Below are positions 25,601 through 39,590 of a DNA stretch of 64,000 nt, piece by piece. The stretch is from the NCBI RefSeq assembly GCF_009914755.1, contig NC_060947.1. The stretch is one strand, 5' to 3'. The position numbers were made by a program, and so were the translations under genes. Below the pieces are notes generated by a model that saw nothing but the letters and a program-made list of their open reading frames with translations, did no database searches and was not told the origin of the DNA. The number at the start of each line of letters is the position of its first letter. Position 1 is the stretch's first letter. This DNA is from the human T2T-CHM13v2.0 reference genome, Homo sapiens.

Positions 25601-28305
25601 TCACCAGCAACTGTAATTTTTTGACTTTTTATTAATAGCCATTTTGACTGGTGTGAGATAATCTCTTATTATGGTTTTGATTTGCACTTCTCTAATGATA
25701 TGTGATGTTTATCATTTTTTCATATTCTTGTTGGCCACTTGTCATGTCTTCTTTTGAGAAATGTCTGTTTGTGTCCCTTGCCCAATTTTAATGGGGTTGT
25801 TTGGTTTTTGCTTGTAAATTTGTTTAAATCCCTTACAGATTCTGGATATTAGACCCTTGTTGAATGCATAGTTTGCAAATATTTTCTCCCATTCTGTAGG
25901 TTGTTTGTTTACTCTGTTGATAGTTTCTTTTGCTGTGCAAAAGCTCTTTAGTTTAATTAGGCCCCAATTTGTCAACTTTTGGTTTTTTTATAATTGCTTT
26001 TGGCATCTTCGTCGTGAAATCTTTGCCAAGGCCTATATCTAGAATGTTATTTCCTAGGTTTTCTTCTAGGGTTTTTAAAATTTTTGGTTTTATATTTAAG
26101 TCTTTAATCCATGTTGAGTTGATTTTTGTATATGGTGAAAGAAAGGGGTGCAGTTTCATTCTTCTGCATGTGGCTAGCCTGTTACCCCAGAAACATTCAT
26201 TGAATAGAGTGTCCTTTCCCATGTTTATTATTGTTGACTCTGTCAAAGATCAGATGATTGTTGGTGTGTGGCTTTATTTCTGGGTTCTCTAATCTGTTCC
26301 TTTGGTTTATGTGTCTGTTTTTGTGCCAGTACCATGCTATTTTGGTTACTGTAGCCTTGTATATATAGTATAGCTGGAAGTCTGGTAGAGTGTGATGCCC
26401 CTGGCTTTTTTTTTCTTAGGATTGATTTGGCTATTTGGACCCTTTTTTGGTTCCATATAAATTTTAGAATAGTTTTACCGAATTCTGTGGAAAATGTCAT
26501 TGGTAGTTTGATAGGAATAGCACTGAATCTGTACATTGCTTTGGGCAGTATGGACATTTTAACAATATTGATTCATCTTATCCATGAGCATGGAATGTTT
26601 TTCCATTTGTTTCTGCCATCTCTGATTTCTTTCAGCAGTGTTTTAAGAATATCATTGTAGAGATCTTTGACTTCCCTGGTTAGCTGTATTCCTGGGTATT
26701 TTAGTTTTTTTGTGGCTATTGTGAATCAAGTTGCATTCTTGATTTGGCTCTCAGCCTGAGTGTTGTTGGTGTAATAAGATGCTACTGAATTTCGCACATT
26801 GATTTTGCATCCTGAAACTTTGCTGAAGTTGTTTATCAGACCTATAAGCTTTTGGGCAGATACTATGGGGTTTTTTAAGTATGAAATTATATTGTCTGTG
26901 AAGAGAGATAGTTTCTCTTCCTCTCTTACTATTTGGATGCCTAGTATTTCATTCTCTTGCCTAATTGCTCTGGCTAAGACTTCCAGTACTATGTTGATTA
27001 TGAGGGGTGAGAAAGGGCATCCTTGTCTTGTTCTGGTTCTCAAGGGTAATGCTTCCAACTTTTGCCTATGCAGTATGATGTTGGCTGTGGGTTTCTCATA
27101 GATGGCTCTTATTATTTTCAAGTATGTTTGTTCAAATAAATGCCTAGTTTGTTCAGGGCTTTAAACATGAAGGGATGTTAAATTTTATCCAAAGTCTTTT
27201 CTACATCTATTGAGATAATCACGTGGCTTTTGTTTTTCATTCTATTTATTTGATGAATCACACTTGTTGATTTGCATGTGTTGAACCAACCTTATATCCC
27301 AGGAGTAAAGCCTTGTATCCCAGGAGTAAATATCTTAGTGGATTAGCTTTTGATATGGTGCTAGATTTGGTTTGCTAGCATTTTGCTGAGGATTTTTGCA
27401 TCTATGTTCATCAGGGATATCAGCCTGATGTTTTCCATTTTCTTGCATCTCTGCCAGGTTTTGGTATCAGAATAATGCTTGCCTCATAGAATGAGTTAGG
27501 AAGGAGTCCTTCCTCCTCAATTTTTTGTAATAGTTTCAGTAGGATTGGTATCAGCTCTTCTTTACGTGTCTGGTAGATTTCGACTGTGAATCCAACTGGT
27601 CCAGGACTTTTTCTGGTTGGTAGGCTTTTTATTCCTGTTTTGTTTCAGTAAACTCACTTCTGGATATATAGCCAAAGGAAATGATTTAGTATGTATAAGA
27701 TACATCAGTTCCATGTTCATCGAACCATTATTCACAATAGCCAAGACTTGGAACCATCCTATGTGTCCATGGACAGATGAATGGTAGAGAAAATATCATG
27801 TATATATACACAATGGAATCTTATTTAACCTTAAACAAAAGGAAATCCTGCCATTTGTGATGACATCGATGAACCTGGAGGACATTATATGCTAAGTGAA
27901 ATAAGCCAGGCTCAGAAAGACAAATGCTGCATGATATCACTTATATGTGGAATGCAAACAAGTTGAACTCATAAAAATAGAGATTAGAATGGTGGTTGCT
28001 AGAAGATGGGAGAGGGAGAAATGGGAAGATGTTGGTCACAGTGTACAAAGTTTCAGGTATGCAAGATGAATAAGTTATTGAGCTCAAACATACAGCAATG
28101 TGAATATAGTTAGCAATACATTATTGCATACTTGAAATTTGTTAAGAGAATAGATCTTCAGAAAATAGGAACTATATAAGGTGATGTATATGGTAAATAA
28201 CTTGATTGTGGTGATTATTTCACAATGTATATCAAAACATTAAGTCATGCACACTAAACATATAAAATTTTATGTCAATTATACCTCAATAAAGATGGAA
28301 ACATA
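22660..28305 (+). mobile_element. Old L1MA-type element: 5' UTR/ORF1 (22660-24951) and 3' end (27645-28305), most of ORF2 absent
   Basis: GACATCAGCAAAATGGCAGACTA 5' start, ORF1 homology (SLWDLWD, LFKEIMTENFPNL), L1MA 3' UTR ending ATACCTCAATAAAG. Confidence 0.85.
24952..27640 (-). mobile_element. 5'-truncated L1PA15/16-like element
   Basis: Multiple minus-strand ORF2 fragments (e.g. 26726-27121 [10 protein letters not shown]) and matching 3' UTR. Confidence 0.92.
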
Positions 28306-28923
28306 TATACAATCCCAGTTTAATGATGAGGACTTACAATAAGCTGGCTTCTACAGCAAAGGGTACTAGTGGCAACTCAAAATTGTCTTGGGCTGCAGGT
28401 GCAGCTGGATAAAATCTTCATTCATATATCCATTAAATACCGAGAGTATACTATGACACAAATACGGAAGCAGGTGCTACTGCTCTCAACTTTACAATAA
28501 CACAACAGAGTGTATGAATGGCAAAATATTAGGCCCAGCCAATCCCATGGGTAGCACCTTTTCTCCAGCTGTTTTATATAGTGGGCCATCTCCCACCCAT
28601 TGTTTTAGTAGTTGTTGTAGCTGCAGTGAAAAGGTGTTGGCGGGTGACAAAATAACATCATGCAAAAGTTTCTGAATCCCCAAAAGATTGAGAGACTTGG
28701 GCACATTTTCTATCCATTATACAGTGCACTTGAGGTTTTCCTAGAACCAGGCCTTCTGTGCAAGCTCTTTTAGTTGCTTAGGAAGCAGAATTCACTTGTA
28801 AGTGGAACTATTTAATGTACTCTCTCTTTCTTTCTTGACTGAATCAGCAGATTACGGTGCTGAAATTTTTGACAGATAAGGAGTGTCCACATGTTTCTCA
28901 CTGTTTTCAGGAATTCCCTGTAA

Positions 28924-29280
<357 letters not shown>

Positions 29281-29323
29281 CTGAACAGTACATTTCTAGA
29301 TTGCAGGAGATGCTTCTGCCAGA

Positions 29324-29853
29324 TGTGACAAGGTATGTGGCTTGTGCAGACCTTCATACAAATCAATGATTCTATATACCTAACTAATATCCCCTGTCAG
29401 GTAAGAGGGAGACTTTAGCACCAGCCCTGGGTTGGGGTGCAGTGTCAGTGAGTATAGACTAGGCACAAGAGTCTGTCAAAGCTTGCCCATGGTGGAAGGC
29501 TATGTCTGAAACATGTGTGGGTGATCCAACGAATCTAAAGATTGAAACAAAGTGCAGGCATATAGATGGTTCACTTGAGTTGTCAATCCAAGGAAGACTA
29601 CAGAATGGATAATTCAGGAATAAAGGGAACCAAACAAGAATGATAGGGTATCAAGCAGATGGTAGGAGTCAGAACCTGAAAGAAATTTCCTGCGCTAACT
29701 GACTGCAGCTGCTTGTGTGAAGGGCCCATAGCCTCACGTGTGGAAAAGAAGGAGCTAATAAGAGCAACTCCACTACACTGACCTTGTCTCCTCTCAGATC
29801 TCCTCTGCCAGGCAGGACAGGGCAGGGTTGGATTTCCCCTCATACAATTGACA
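29324..29853 (-). mobile_element. Putative old LTR (Gypsy-type?)
   Basis: ~530 bp bounded by TGTGACA.. and ..TGACA (TG..CA termini), lying within the gag-like region of remnant B. Confidence 0.35.
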
Positions 29854-30473
29854 AAAAGGCTTACCTCATTCTAGTACTTTTTGGAAACCCAAGCCAGTTT
29901 CCCACAACCAGTTTTCCAGCCTGTACCTTTCTCAGTGCCTCATTCATTAAACAGATATTTATTGAGTACCTGCTACAACTGGGACTGCAGCTGAGCACAA
30001 CATCCTTGAGATCCTTTTTATCCACAATAGTAGTTTAGTTGTGGTGGCAGAGCAGGACTTTGATGTCTCAGACAGAGTAAGATACAATGGAAGATGAAAT
30101 AAATGCAGAACACAGGGAGGCTTGATTGGGAAGGCCATGGAGTTAGCTAGCAACCTCAGTTACCTTAAATATTCTCAGATAATGGTCCTGAAGGTTTTGA
30201 CAAGAGCAGATAATGGACATATGCTAGGAAAAGATCCAGCCGGAAGCTCCAATTTGTGTGCCTAACCTTAATACCTGGTACCCTTTGAAATGCTCTTTGA
30301 ATTAGCCCCATTTTTGTGTGTAGGAGGACATCCTGCAGGTGCTTCTAAGGGTCTTGTAGTTCTCACAGGTACTGCCTGGCTCAGGAATGTCCATGGTTCT
30401 GCGAGTAAAAGGGGACAGATTGTATTATTGGTAAATTTAAAAATGCTCGTTGTCAGTTCTTTTCAAATATCTA

Positions 30474-31016
30474 GTATGTTGGTCTTGGTCTTATATTACC
30501 TTCCGATTATTCCTTGCTCTTTTCCTGATCTGCCCTGTGTCACAGGAAAACTGTTCTCTACAAACTCCATTTCCCAGATTCTCATATTGGTGGGTTTCCA
30601 GTTAAGTTCAGCTAATAGAAAGCACTGATGCAAGAGTAGAAGAGGGGTGTTGTGCCTAGGGGTGGGGACTGAGAAGACAGGATATTTCTTCTCTGTCCTA
30701 TCTGTCACTAGTGATCTCTTTGGCAGCAGGCATGTCTCTTCCATGGCTTCAGATTCCATCAGTCAGTACTACCCTGATTCCAGCTTCCATTCAGTGATCC
30801 TGGACCTTGGGCTCCGGTAAGCCTGTCTCTTCCCTTCATCCCTCCAGCCTAGGGATGGTAGAAGTTTCTTGGATCTTCAGGTTAGGCTTACCTTATCATT
30901 TTTTGCTGGCTTTTCAGTTCTTCTATTACCCATGTAACCAGTTATCTCTATTAAAGTCTTCTCATTCTAAACACTTGAGTGTTTTTCCTTTTCCTGATTA
31001 GACACTGATGAATACA
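30474..31016 (+). mobile_element. LTR33-family ERVL solo LTR
   Basis: CATTTCCCAG..TTCCAGTTAAGTTCAGCTAATAG..GCACTG, CAGCCTAGGGATGGTAG, CTATTAAA..CCTGATTAGACACTGATGAATACA. Confidence 0.75.
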
Positions 31017-31299
31017 CTTGATTAATATAATTTATTTGAAAATAAGTATAGATAGTCAAAATAGTAAAATGATCTAGTGGACATGGACCTGAAAAGCTGG
31101 AAACTGTGTCCTCAAAACCATAGTAGGGTTGAAAGCAAATATGTAGTCCATGGAGGCAGAAGACTTCATTAAAAGGGGCTAAAATGCATTCTCTAGATGG
31201 GGATAATATAGGGCATTTTGTGTGGCATTCTCCACTACCAGTAGGGCATGGCACCCATGATGAAGGGAGAAACTTGGAAATGAAATGTGGGGTGATGAT

Positions 31300-31930
31300 T
31301 ACATAGAGTTATCTGGTGGTCAGAAAGATGTTGTAGGAGATACAAATCCACCAAAGACTAAGATGTTTGCTAATTCTAGGTGGTATCATGGCACAGATGA
31401 AGATCTGGGATCCCAGCCTCTCTGGCTGGGATGGACAGTAAAACAGGTATCCTCAACATTCTGTGCCTTCCTTCCAGGGGTGCTCCTCACTAGCTCTGAT
31501 TTTCAGACACATTTTAATGAGAGCATCTTCTCAATGCTCATGCCAAGCCAACTTCATTGGCTATAGCTGAGACGGAATGACTGCAAAATTATCAGGCCAA
31601 ATAATTTCTCCATGTGGAGTTGCATCATATACCTATGGACACTATGGCTTTTGGAAAGATAAATCTATTAGGCAGTTTTTGCATGGGCTAAGCTTCCAGA
31701 TTTCACAGAGCTGCTACAGACTTAATATTCTTTGTACACTCTCATGGAATACACAGAATCCTCAATCTATTACCTTCAAGACCAAATTGACCAGTTAATA
31801 TAATCTGGGCCCATATTTCTAGAGGATCAGGAGGTAGAGGGGCAGAGATAACAAGCTGAGCTCATCCTGGGACTTAATAACTGTCAGTACTATCTGGAGA
31901 ATTCCAGGGACCACTAGGTGTTTCAGGTGG
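31300..31930 (+). mobile_element. Sushi-like Gypsy gag remnant E
   Basis: FCAFL, WKDKSIRQFLHGLSFQI (ORF 31577-31798; cf. WNDxALxxQFxxGLSxxI), IDQL, degenerate zinc knuckle CQYY..H near 31882-31915. Confidence 0.5.
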
Positions 31931-32199
31931 TCTTAGAGAGGGACCTTCCACCCATTGTCCACAAACAATTTGCCTAGCATTGTATGTATTTCATTGTTGG
32001 ACAGAACATGGTATCCAGAAAACTGACCACAGAACTTGACAACTTTTATTTCTCAAGGTCGGGTCAGGGATGGTGTTGTTATAGATAGTCTTGGACTGGT
32101 TTAACTAGGGAGTACAAAGTACAAGTGAAGTCAGTTTAGGAGAGCTGAACAGGATGTTTTCCAGGTTAATTTTCTTCTTTCTAAGAGGTCAAACAAGGT

Positions 32200-34050
32200 G
32201 TAACAGAAAAACAGAGAGCCAAATCATGAATGAACTCCCATTCACAATTGCTACAAAGATAGTAAAATACCTAGGAATACAACTTACAGGGATGAGAAGG
32301 ACCTCATCAAGGAGAACTACAAACCATTGCACAACGAAATGAAAGAGGACACAAAAAAAGGAAGAACATTCCATGCTCATGGGCAGGAAGAATCAATATT
32401 GTGAAAATGTCCATACTGCCCAAAGTAATTTATAGATTCAATGTTATCCCCATCAAGCTACCACTGGCTTTCTTCACAGAATTGGAGAAAACGACCTTAA
32501 ACTTCATATGGAACCAAAAAAGAGCCCGCAAAGCCAAGGCAATCCTAAGCAAAAGGAACAAAGGTGGAGGCATCATGCTGCCTGATTTCAAACTATACTA
32601 CAAGGCTATAGTAATCAAAACAGCATAGTACTGGTACCAAAACAGATATATAGACCAATGGAACAGAACAGAGGCCTCAGAAATAATACCACACATCTAC
32701 AACCATCTGATCTTTGACAAACCTTATGAAAACAAGCAATCAGGAAAGGATTCCCTATTTAATAAATGGTGCTGGGAAAAGCAGCTAGCCCTATGCAGAA
32801 AGCTGAAACTGGATTCCTTCCTTACATGCTATACAAAAATTAACTCAAGATGGATTAAAGGCTTAAACGTAAGACCTAAAACCATAAAAACCCTAGAAGA
32901 AAACCTAGGCAATACCATTCAGGACACAGGCATGGGCAAAGACTTCATGATTAAAACACCAAAAGCAAAGGCAACAAAAGCCAAAATTGACAAATAAAAT
33001 CTAATTCAACTAAAAAGCTTCTTCACAGCAAAAGAAACTATCATCAGAGTGAACAGGCAACCTACAGAATGGGAGAAAATTTTTGCAATCTATCCATCTG
33101 ACAAAGAGCTAATATCCAGAATCTACAAAGAACGTAAACAAATTTACAAGAAAAAAACAACCCCATCAAAAAATGGTCAAAGGATGTGAACAGACGCTTC
33201 TCAAAAGAAGACACCTATGCAGCCAACAAACTTATGAAAAAATGCTTATCATCACTGGTCATTAGAGAAATGCAAATCAAAACCACAACGAGATACCATC
33301 TCATGCCAGCTAGAATGGCAACCATTAAAAAGTCAGGAAACAATAGGTGCTGGAGAGGATGTGGAGAAATAGGAATGCTTTTACACTGTTGGTGGGAGTG
33401 TAAATTAATTCAACCATTGTGGAAGACAGTGTGGTGATTCCTCAAGGATCTAGAACCGGAAATACCATTTGACCCAGCAATCCCATTACTGGGTATATAC
33501 CCGAAGTTTATAAATCATTCTACTATAAAGACACATGCACAGGTATGTTTATTGCAGCACTGTTCACAATAGCAAAGTCGTAACCAACCCAAATGCCCAT
33601 CTATGATAGACTGGATAAAGAAAATGTGGCACATATACACCATGGAATACTATGCAGCCATAAAATAGGATGAGCTTATGTCCTTTGCAAGGACATAGAT
33701 GAAACTGGAAACCATCATTCTCAGCAAAGTAACACAAGAAGAGAAAACCAAACACCGCATGTTCTCACTCATAACTGGGAATTGAACAATAAGAACACAT
33801 GGACCCAGGGAGGGGAACATCACACACTGGGGCCTGTTGGGGGGTCGGGGGCTGGGGGAGGGATAGCATTAGGAGAAATACCTAATGTAAATGACAAATT
33901 GATTAGTGTAGCAAACCAACATGGCACATGTATACCTATGTAACAAACCTGCACATTGTGCACAAATACCCCAGAACTTAAAGTATAATAATAATTAAAA
34001 AAGAATATTTGACCTATAAAAAGTAAAAAAACAAAAGAAAGAAAAAAGAA
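32200..34050 (+). mobile_element. 5'-truncated L1PA7/8-like element
   Basis: Well-preserved ORF2 C-terminal fragments, 3' UTR ending AACTTAAAGTATAATAATAA and A-rich tail. Confidence 0.95.
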
Positions 34051-34059
34051 AATGGCTGG

Positions 34060-34422
34060 TGTATTAGTCTGTTTTCACACTTCTGTAAAGACTGAGTAGT
34101 TAATGAAGAAAAAAAGGTTTAATTGGCTCACAGTTCTGCATGGCTGGGAAAGCCTCAGGAAAATTATAATCATAGCAGAAGGCAAAGGAGAAGCAAGGTC
34201 CTTCTTTACAGAGTAGTAGAAGAGAGAGAGAGAGAGCAAGGGGGGAACTGCCAAACCCTTTTAAACCATCAGATCTCAAGAGAACTCACTCACTATTATG
34301 AGAACAGCATGCAGAAAACCACCCCCATGATCCAGTCACCTCCCACCAGGTCCCTCCCTTGACACATGGGGATTACAATTCAAGATGAGATTTGGGTGGG
34401 GACACAGTGCCAAACCATATCC
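34060..34422 (-). mobile_element. MSTA/THE1-type MaLR solo LTR
   Basis: TGTATTAGTCTGTTTTCACAC..GAGATTTGGGTGGGGACACAG..CCAAACCATATC. Confidence 0.9.
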
Positions 34423-34868
34423 GTTGAGATACTTCAAAGATAAAGAGTTATCACACTATTCTCAAGTGGACACAGACATACTTGGAAAGCTATTTATTCC
34501 TTTATTCTACAGGTATTTACTGGGTGCCTAATATGAAGCTACTTTAGAAGATAAAGGATTGGGGGGAATGGGAATAAACACGGAGACTATAGTAGTGTTA
34601 GTATAAGCAGAGCTCCCTTGGAGTGGCAAATTAGGGAGGCCAATCTTGCTATCAAAGAGAGATGTTTAGGTTCCTTCCTACAGAAATAGTGAAAGTTCTG
34701 AGGAACCCTATTTCAGAAAATTTTATTGCAGCATTACCAAGAGACTTCAGGTGCAGAAACCAGATGAATCACACATTACACTCACACCATCATACCCAAT
34801 TATCTACGGCTCATCATTTACGTAACCTATGGCCAGAGATAATTCATCTAGTAGGTCCTGAAAAATAG

Positions 34869-35240
34869 TGTGCTAATCATTTACGGCTTGCCTCCTCGAC
34901 ATCTGTTTTCTCTCCTTCTAATGACACCTGAGTTTTGTTTGAAGATCCACCCCTACCCTACAACACATACATATGGTTTAGGTGATTCTCAAACCATGGA
35001 TTCCAAGTATAATTATAGAACCTGAGCCTAAATCAATACATCTCATTTCCATAAGCATAAATATTGGTTCAAGACTGTGTCTATGACCATATCTTGAACC
35101 CAAACTGTGTGTGAATTTGGCTGATAATATTGGGAAATTGACACTTTTCCTCACTCCTCACTCCTGGTTTAAATATGGAAGAATGGGCAGTAGATGGTTC
35201 TACAAGTTATTTTCTTATCATGAGAGAAAATCTGTAGCAA
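34869..35240 (+). mobile_element. MLT1 (J/K-like) LTR fragment
   Basis: CTTCTAATGACACCTGAGTTTTGTTTGAAGATCCACCCCT..ATTGGTTCAAG..ATGACC pattern. Confidence 0.5.
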
Positions 35241-35314
35241 CTAGGTTCTACTACCTCAAGCTGCACTGTCTACTATGTGGCCACTAGCCATGTGTGGCTA
35301 TTTAAATTTAAATA

Positions 35315-38300
35315 GGACTTCTGATACTGGGGTTACTATAACTCAAAATGAAGTAACAGAGACTACTTCATTCATTCTATTTAACCAACAAAAAAACAAA
35401 AACACAAACCGAATATAAAAAACAAAAGTTTTTAAGACACCAGATACTAGGCCCTAAAAGATGATGATCCTTGAGATATGAGAAATAACTGAGGTAAGCG
35501 TTATAATAACCTGGCTTAATGCTTTGAGAAAGTTTCTAGGACATGGCATGGAAAGAGAATCAGGCAGAGTGTGGTAGAATTCCTGAGTTGAAGAGATGAA
35601 GCTGAAAGTCCAGGAAACCAAGATAGCTAGAATACCCAGGAAACCATAACAGAGAGGAGAGATCCCACTAATCAATATCCCTAGGATCAGAGAGTCCCTC
35701 TCCTTGAGAATGTAGCAGAGTACTGAGCAGCACATCCTGGTAAGGATATCACCCAAGGCCTGGGGGGAGAATCATCCAAAATAATTAGAGAAAAGAGTGT
35801 CCAAAAAGAGTAAAAAGCATACAGGGCCAGGAACCATGCCTTTTTCTACCAGCCAGAGTGGAAAAAATTCATAATTCATGGGACATCAGGTAGAATACTC
35901 AGGAAGGTCTAGCCTCAGTAGTGGAGAATAATTATCCCTATACTGAGCACTGCTCCAGACCCACCTAACAAATAATAAAAGAATGACTGGAAAAATCAAA
36001 CTGTTTCCAAATAGCAGCTATACCCAGGAAGAAAGAACCAGATTATTTATAGGAATACCCAGTGTATTACCTCATAAAACACCCAGCACTCTATGAAGTA
36101 AAATGTACAGTATCTGATGTCCAATTAAAGAATACCAGATGAGAAAAGAGACAGGAAAACATTTTCATTAATGAAAATAATAATCATTTATTTGAGAATA
36201 ACCCAGAACCGACACATATATTAGAATTAGCAGAAGACAACATTAAATAAAATACTATAACTGTATTCCATGTGTTCAAAAAGTTAAATAGAAACATGAA
36301 AGATATAGAAAAGATACAAATATTACTTTTAGACATGAAAACTACAATGTGCAGGATAAAAATACATTGAATGATAAATGGCAGATTAGACATTGCAAAA
36401 GAAACAATCCGTGAACTTTAGGTTGAAGAGATAGCGATGGAAACTGTCCAAAGTGAAACACAGAGAGAAAAATAGAATAAAAAAAATGAAAACAGCATCA
36501 GTGAGCTATCGGACAACTTCATACATTTTAATTTATGAGTAATTGGAGTCCCTGAAGAAGAAGAAAAAGGAAGGTGAGCAAGGAAAATATTTGAAGAAAT
36601 GATGGTCAAAACTTTTCCAAATTTGATAAAAATGATATATTACAAAACAAAGAAGCACAGCATACCACATGCACAAGAGACAAGAGAAAAATGATACCAG
36701 GTCACATCATAATTAACTTGCTCAATACCAATGATAAAGAGAAAATCTTAAAAGCAGCCAAAGGTAAAAGATGCATAATGTGCCGAGGAAGCAGGATAAT
36801 AATGATGGTAGATTTCTGATTGGGAACAATGTAAGAGAGAAGAGTAGAACAATATCTTTACAATACTGAAAGAATAAAACCTGTCAATTTAGAATTATCT
36901 AGAATTCTATGTCCAGCAGAATTATCTTTCAAAAATTGGTGACACCAGATGGAAATACAGCTGCACGGAAAGGAATGAAAAGAAACACAAATCGTTACCA
37001 GATGGGTAAATATATGAATGTTCTAAAATTATTTAAATTACTTTAAAGGATAATGGAGTGTTTATATAAAATAATGATATATTAAAGTAACAATATGTTG
37101 TGGGTTTTTACAACATATGTATAAGGTGTGTGATGGAAATAGCATAAAGGCAAGGAAGGGGGAAATGATAGTGTACTATTGTAAGGCTTTTATATGTGAA
37201 GTCGTATAATGTCACTTGAAAGTAGACTGTTATGAGCTAATGCTTTATGTTATAAGCCCTAAAACAAACATTAACAAAACAAAGAATTATACCCAACGAG
37301 CCAACAAAGGAAAGTAGAATCACCAAAATACATACAATTAACTCAAAATCAGAAAGAAATAAAGGAGAAAAAGGAACAAAAAATAAATGAGACAAATAGA
37401 AAACAAATAGCAAGATGACAGAGTTCAACCTAATCATATTATCATGTAAAAGGATGAATAAAGATATATGTTGCCAACCCTATTAAAAAAAAAGCCTCTC
37501 TGGACCATAAAACAAGTGCAAGTAAATTGGAAATGATTCAAATTTACACAAAGTATGTTCTCTGATCACAATGCAATTAAATTAAAAATCAGTAACAGAA
37601 AGTTCTCTGGAAAATCTCTAAATATTAGAAAACTAAATAAAACACTTCAAAATAACCCATGGCTAAAAATACAAGAATTCAAAAGGGAAATAAGAAAGTA
37701 TTTTTACTGAATGAAAATGGAAACACAAAGACAAATACTACATGATCTCACTTACATGTGAAGTGTAAAAAAGTCTAACTAATAGAAATAGAGAATAAAA
37801 TGGTGGTTGCCAGAGGCTGAGAAGTAGGTGATTGGGAGATGTCAGACAAAGGACACAAAATTTCAGTTAGATGGGATGAATAAGTTCACAAGATCTCTTG
37901 TACGTCATGGTCACTACAATCAATAACAATATATTGTATATTTGAAAATTGTGAAAAGAGTCGATTTTAGCATTTTCATCACAAAAAATGATAAATATGC
38001 GAGGTAATGCATTTGTTAAATAACTTGACTTAGCCATTCCACAATGTGTACATATATCAAAACATCATGTTGAACACAATAAGTGCATACAATTTATATT
38101 GGTCAATTAAAACCAACAAATAAATGCGAAAAAAAGAGAATGAAAACACAACATATGAGAATCTGTGGGGTGCCACCAAAGTGGTACCTAAGGGGACAAT
38201 TTAAAATTCTAAATGCCTAGTTAGGAAGAAAAGAAAAATTTTAAGTCAAAACTAAAAAGGGGAAAAAAGTTAAACAAAAAGTAATGAGAAAAAAAGAAAT

Positions 38301-39050
38301 AACGAACAACAGAGAAGAAAACATTGCAACTGAAAACAGAAATTCAATTTTAAAAAGCAATAACATAGAAGCATAATCATAAAAGAGCACATTAATAGAT
38401 TGGGCTTCATCAAAGCTAAAAACTTTTGCTCTTCAAAACGTGCTACTAAGGAAATGAAAAGACAAACCACATCCTGGAGGAAATATTTGCAATATATATG
38501 TGTATCTGACAAAGGAATGCTATTCAGAATATAAAAAGAATATTTACAACTCGAATAAGAAGACAAATAAACCAATTTAAAAATAAGCAAAGAGTTTAAC
38601 AAACACTATAACAAAGAAAATATACAATTGGCTATTAAGCATATGAAAAAGTGCTCAAAATTATTTGTCCTAAGGGACATACAAATTAAGTCAACACTGA
38701 GCTGTCACTACACCCACTAGAATGGTTAAAATTTAGAAGACTGATAATACCAAATGTTGATGAGAATGTGGAGCAAGTGAAATTCTCATGCATTCCTGGT
38801 AGGGATATAAATAGTATAGCCATTTTATAAAGAAGTTTGGTAATTTTTTATAAAGTTAAACATATGTGTACCAACTGACCATAATTCCACTCATAAGTAT
38901 TTATCTAAGAGGAGTAAAAAGGATATATCCATACAAATACTTGTACATGAATGTTCATAGCAGCTTTATTTATAAAAGCCCCAAACTGGAAATAACTCCA
39001 ATGTCTACTAATAGGTAACTGTCAAAATAAACTGTAGCATATGCATACAG
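35315..39050 (+). mobile_element. Old, internally deleted L1M (L1MC/MD/ME-type)
   Basis: ORF1-like GTAATTGGAGTCCCTGAAG..TTTCCAAATTTGAT, endonuclease-like TTCTCTGATCACAATGCAATTAAA, and ORF2 3' segments. Confidence 0.8.
37729..38135 (+). mobile_element. L1MA5-7-like 3' UTR inserted in the older L1
   Basis: L1MA 3' UTR; TSD GAAAATGGAAACACAA / GAGAATGAAAACACAA. Confidence 0.85.
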
Positions 39051-39292
39051 TATCATTAAGTTAATCAACACTCTGTGTATTAGTCTGCTCTCATGCTACT
39101 GTGAAGAAATACCCGAGGCTGGGTAATTTATAAAGGAAAATGGTTTAATTGACTTACAGTTCTGCACAGCTGGGGAGGCCTCTGGAAACTTACAATCATG
39201 GTGGAAGGGGAAATAAACACATCCTTCTTCACATGGCTGCAGGAGAGAGAAGTGCAAAGCAAAGACGAGAAAAGCTTCTTATAAAACCATCA

Positions 39293-39590
<298 letters not shown>

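Noticed and set aside
31410-31432. 9-bp-arm hairpin ATCCCAGCC-TCTCT-GGCTGGGAT
   Set aside because: Short enough to arise by chance in 64 kb.
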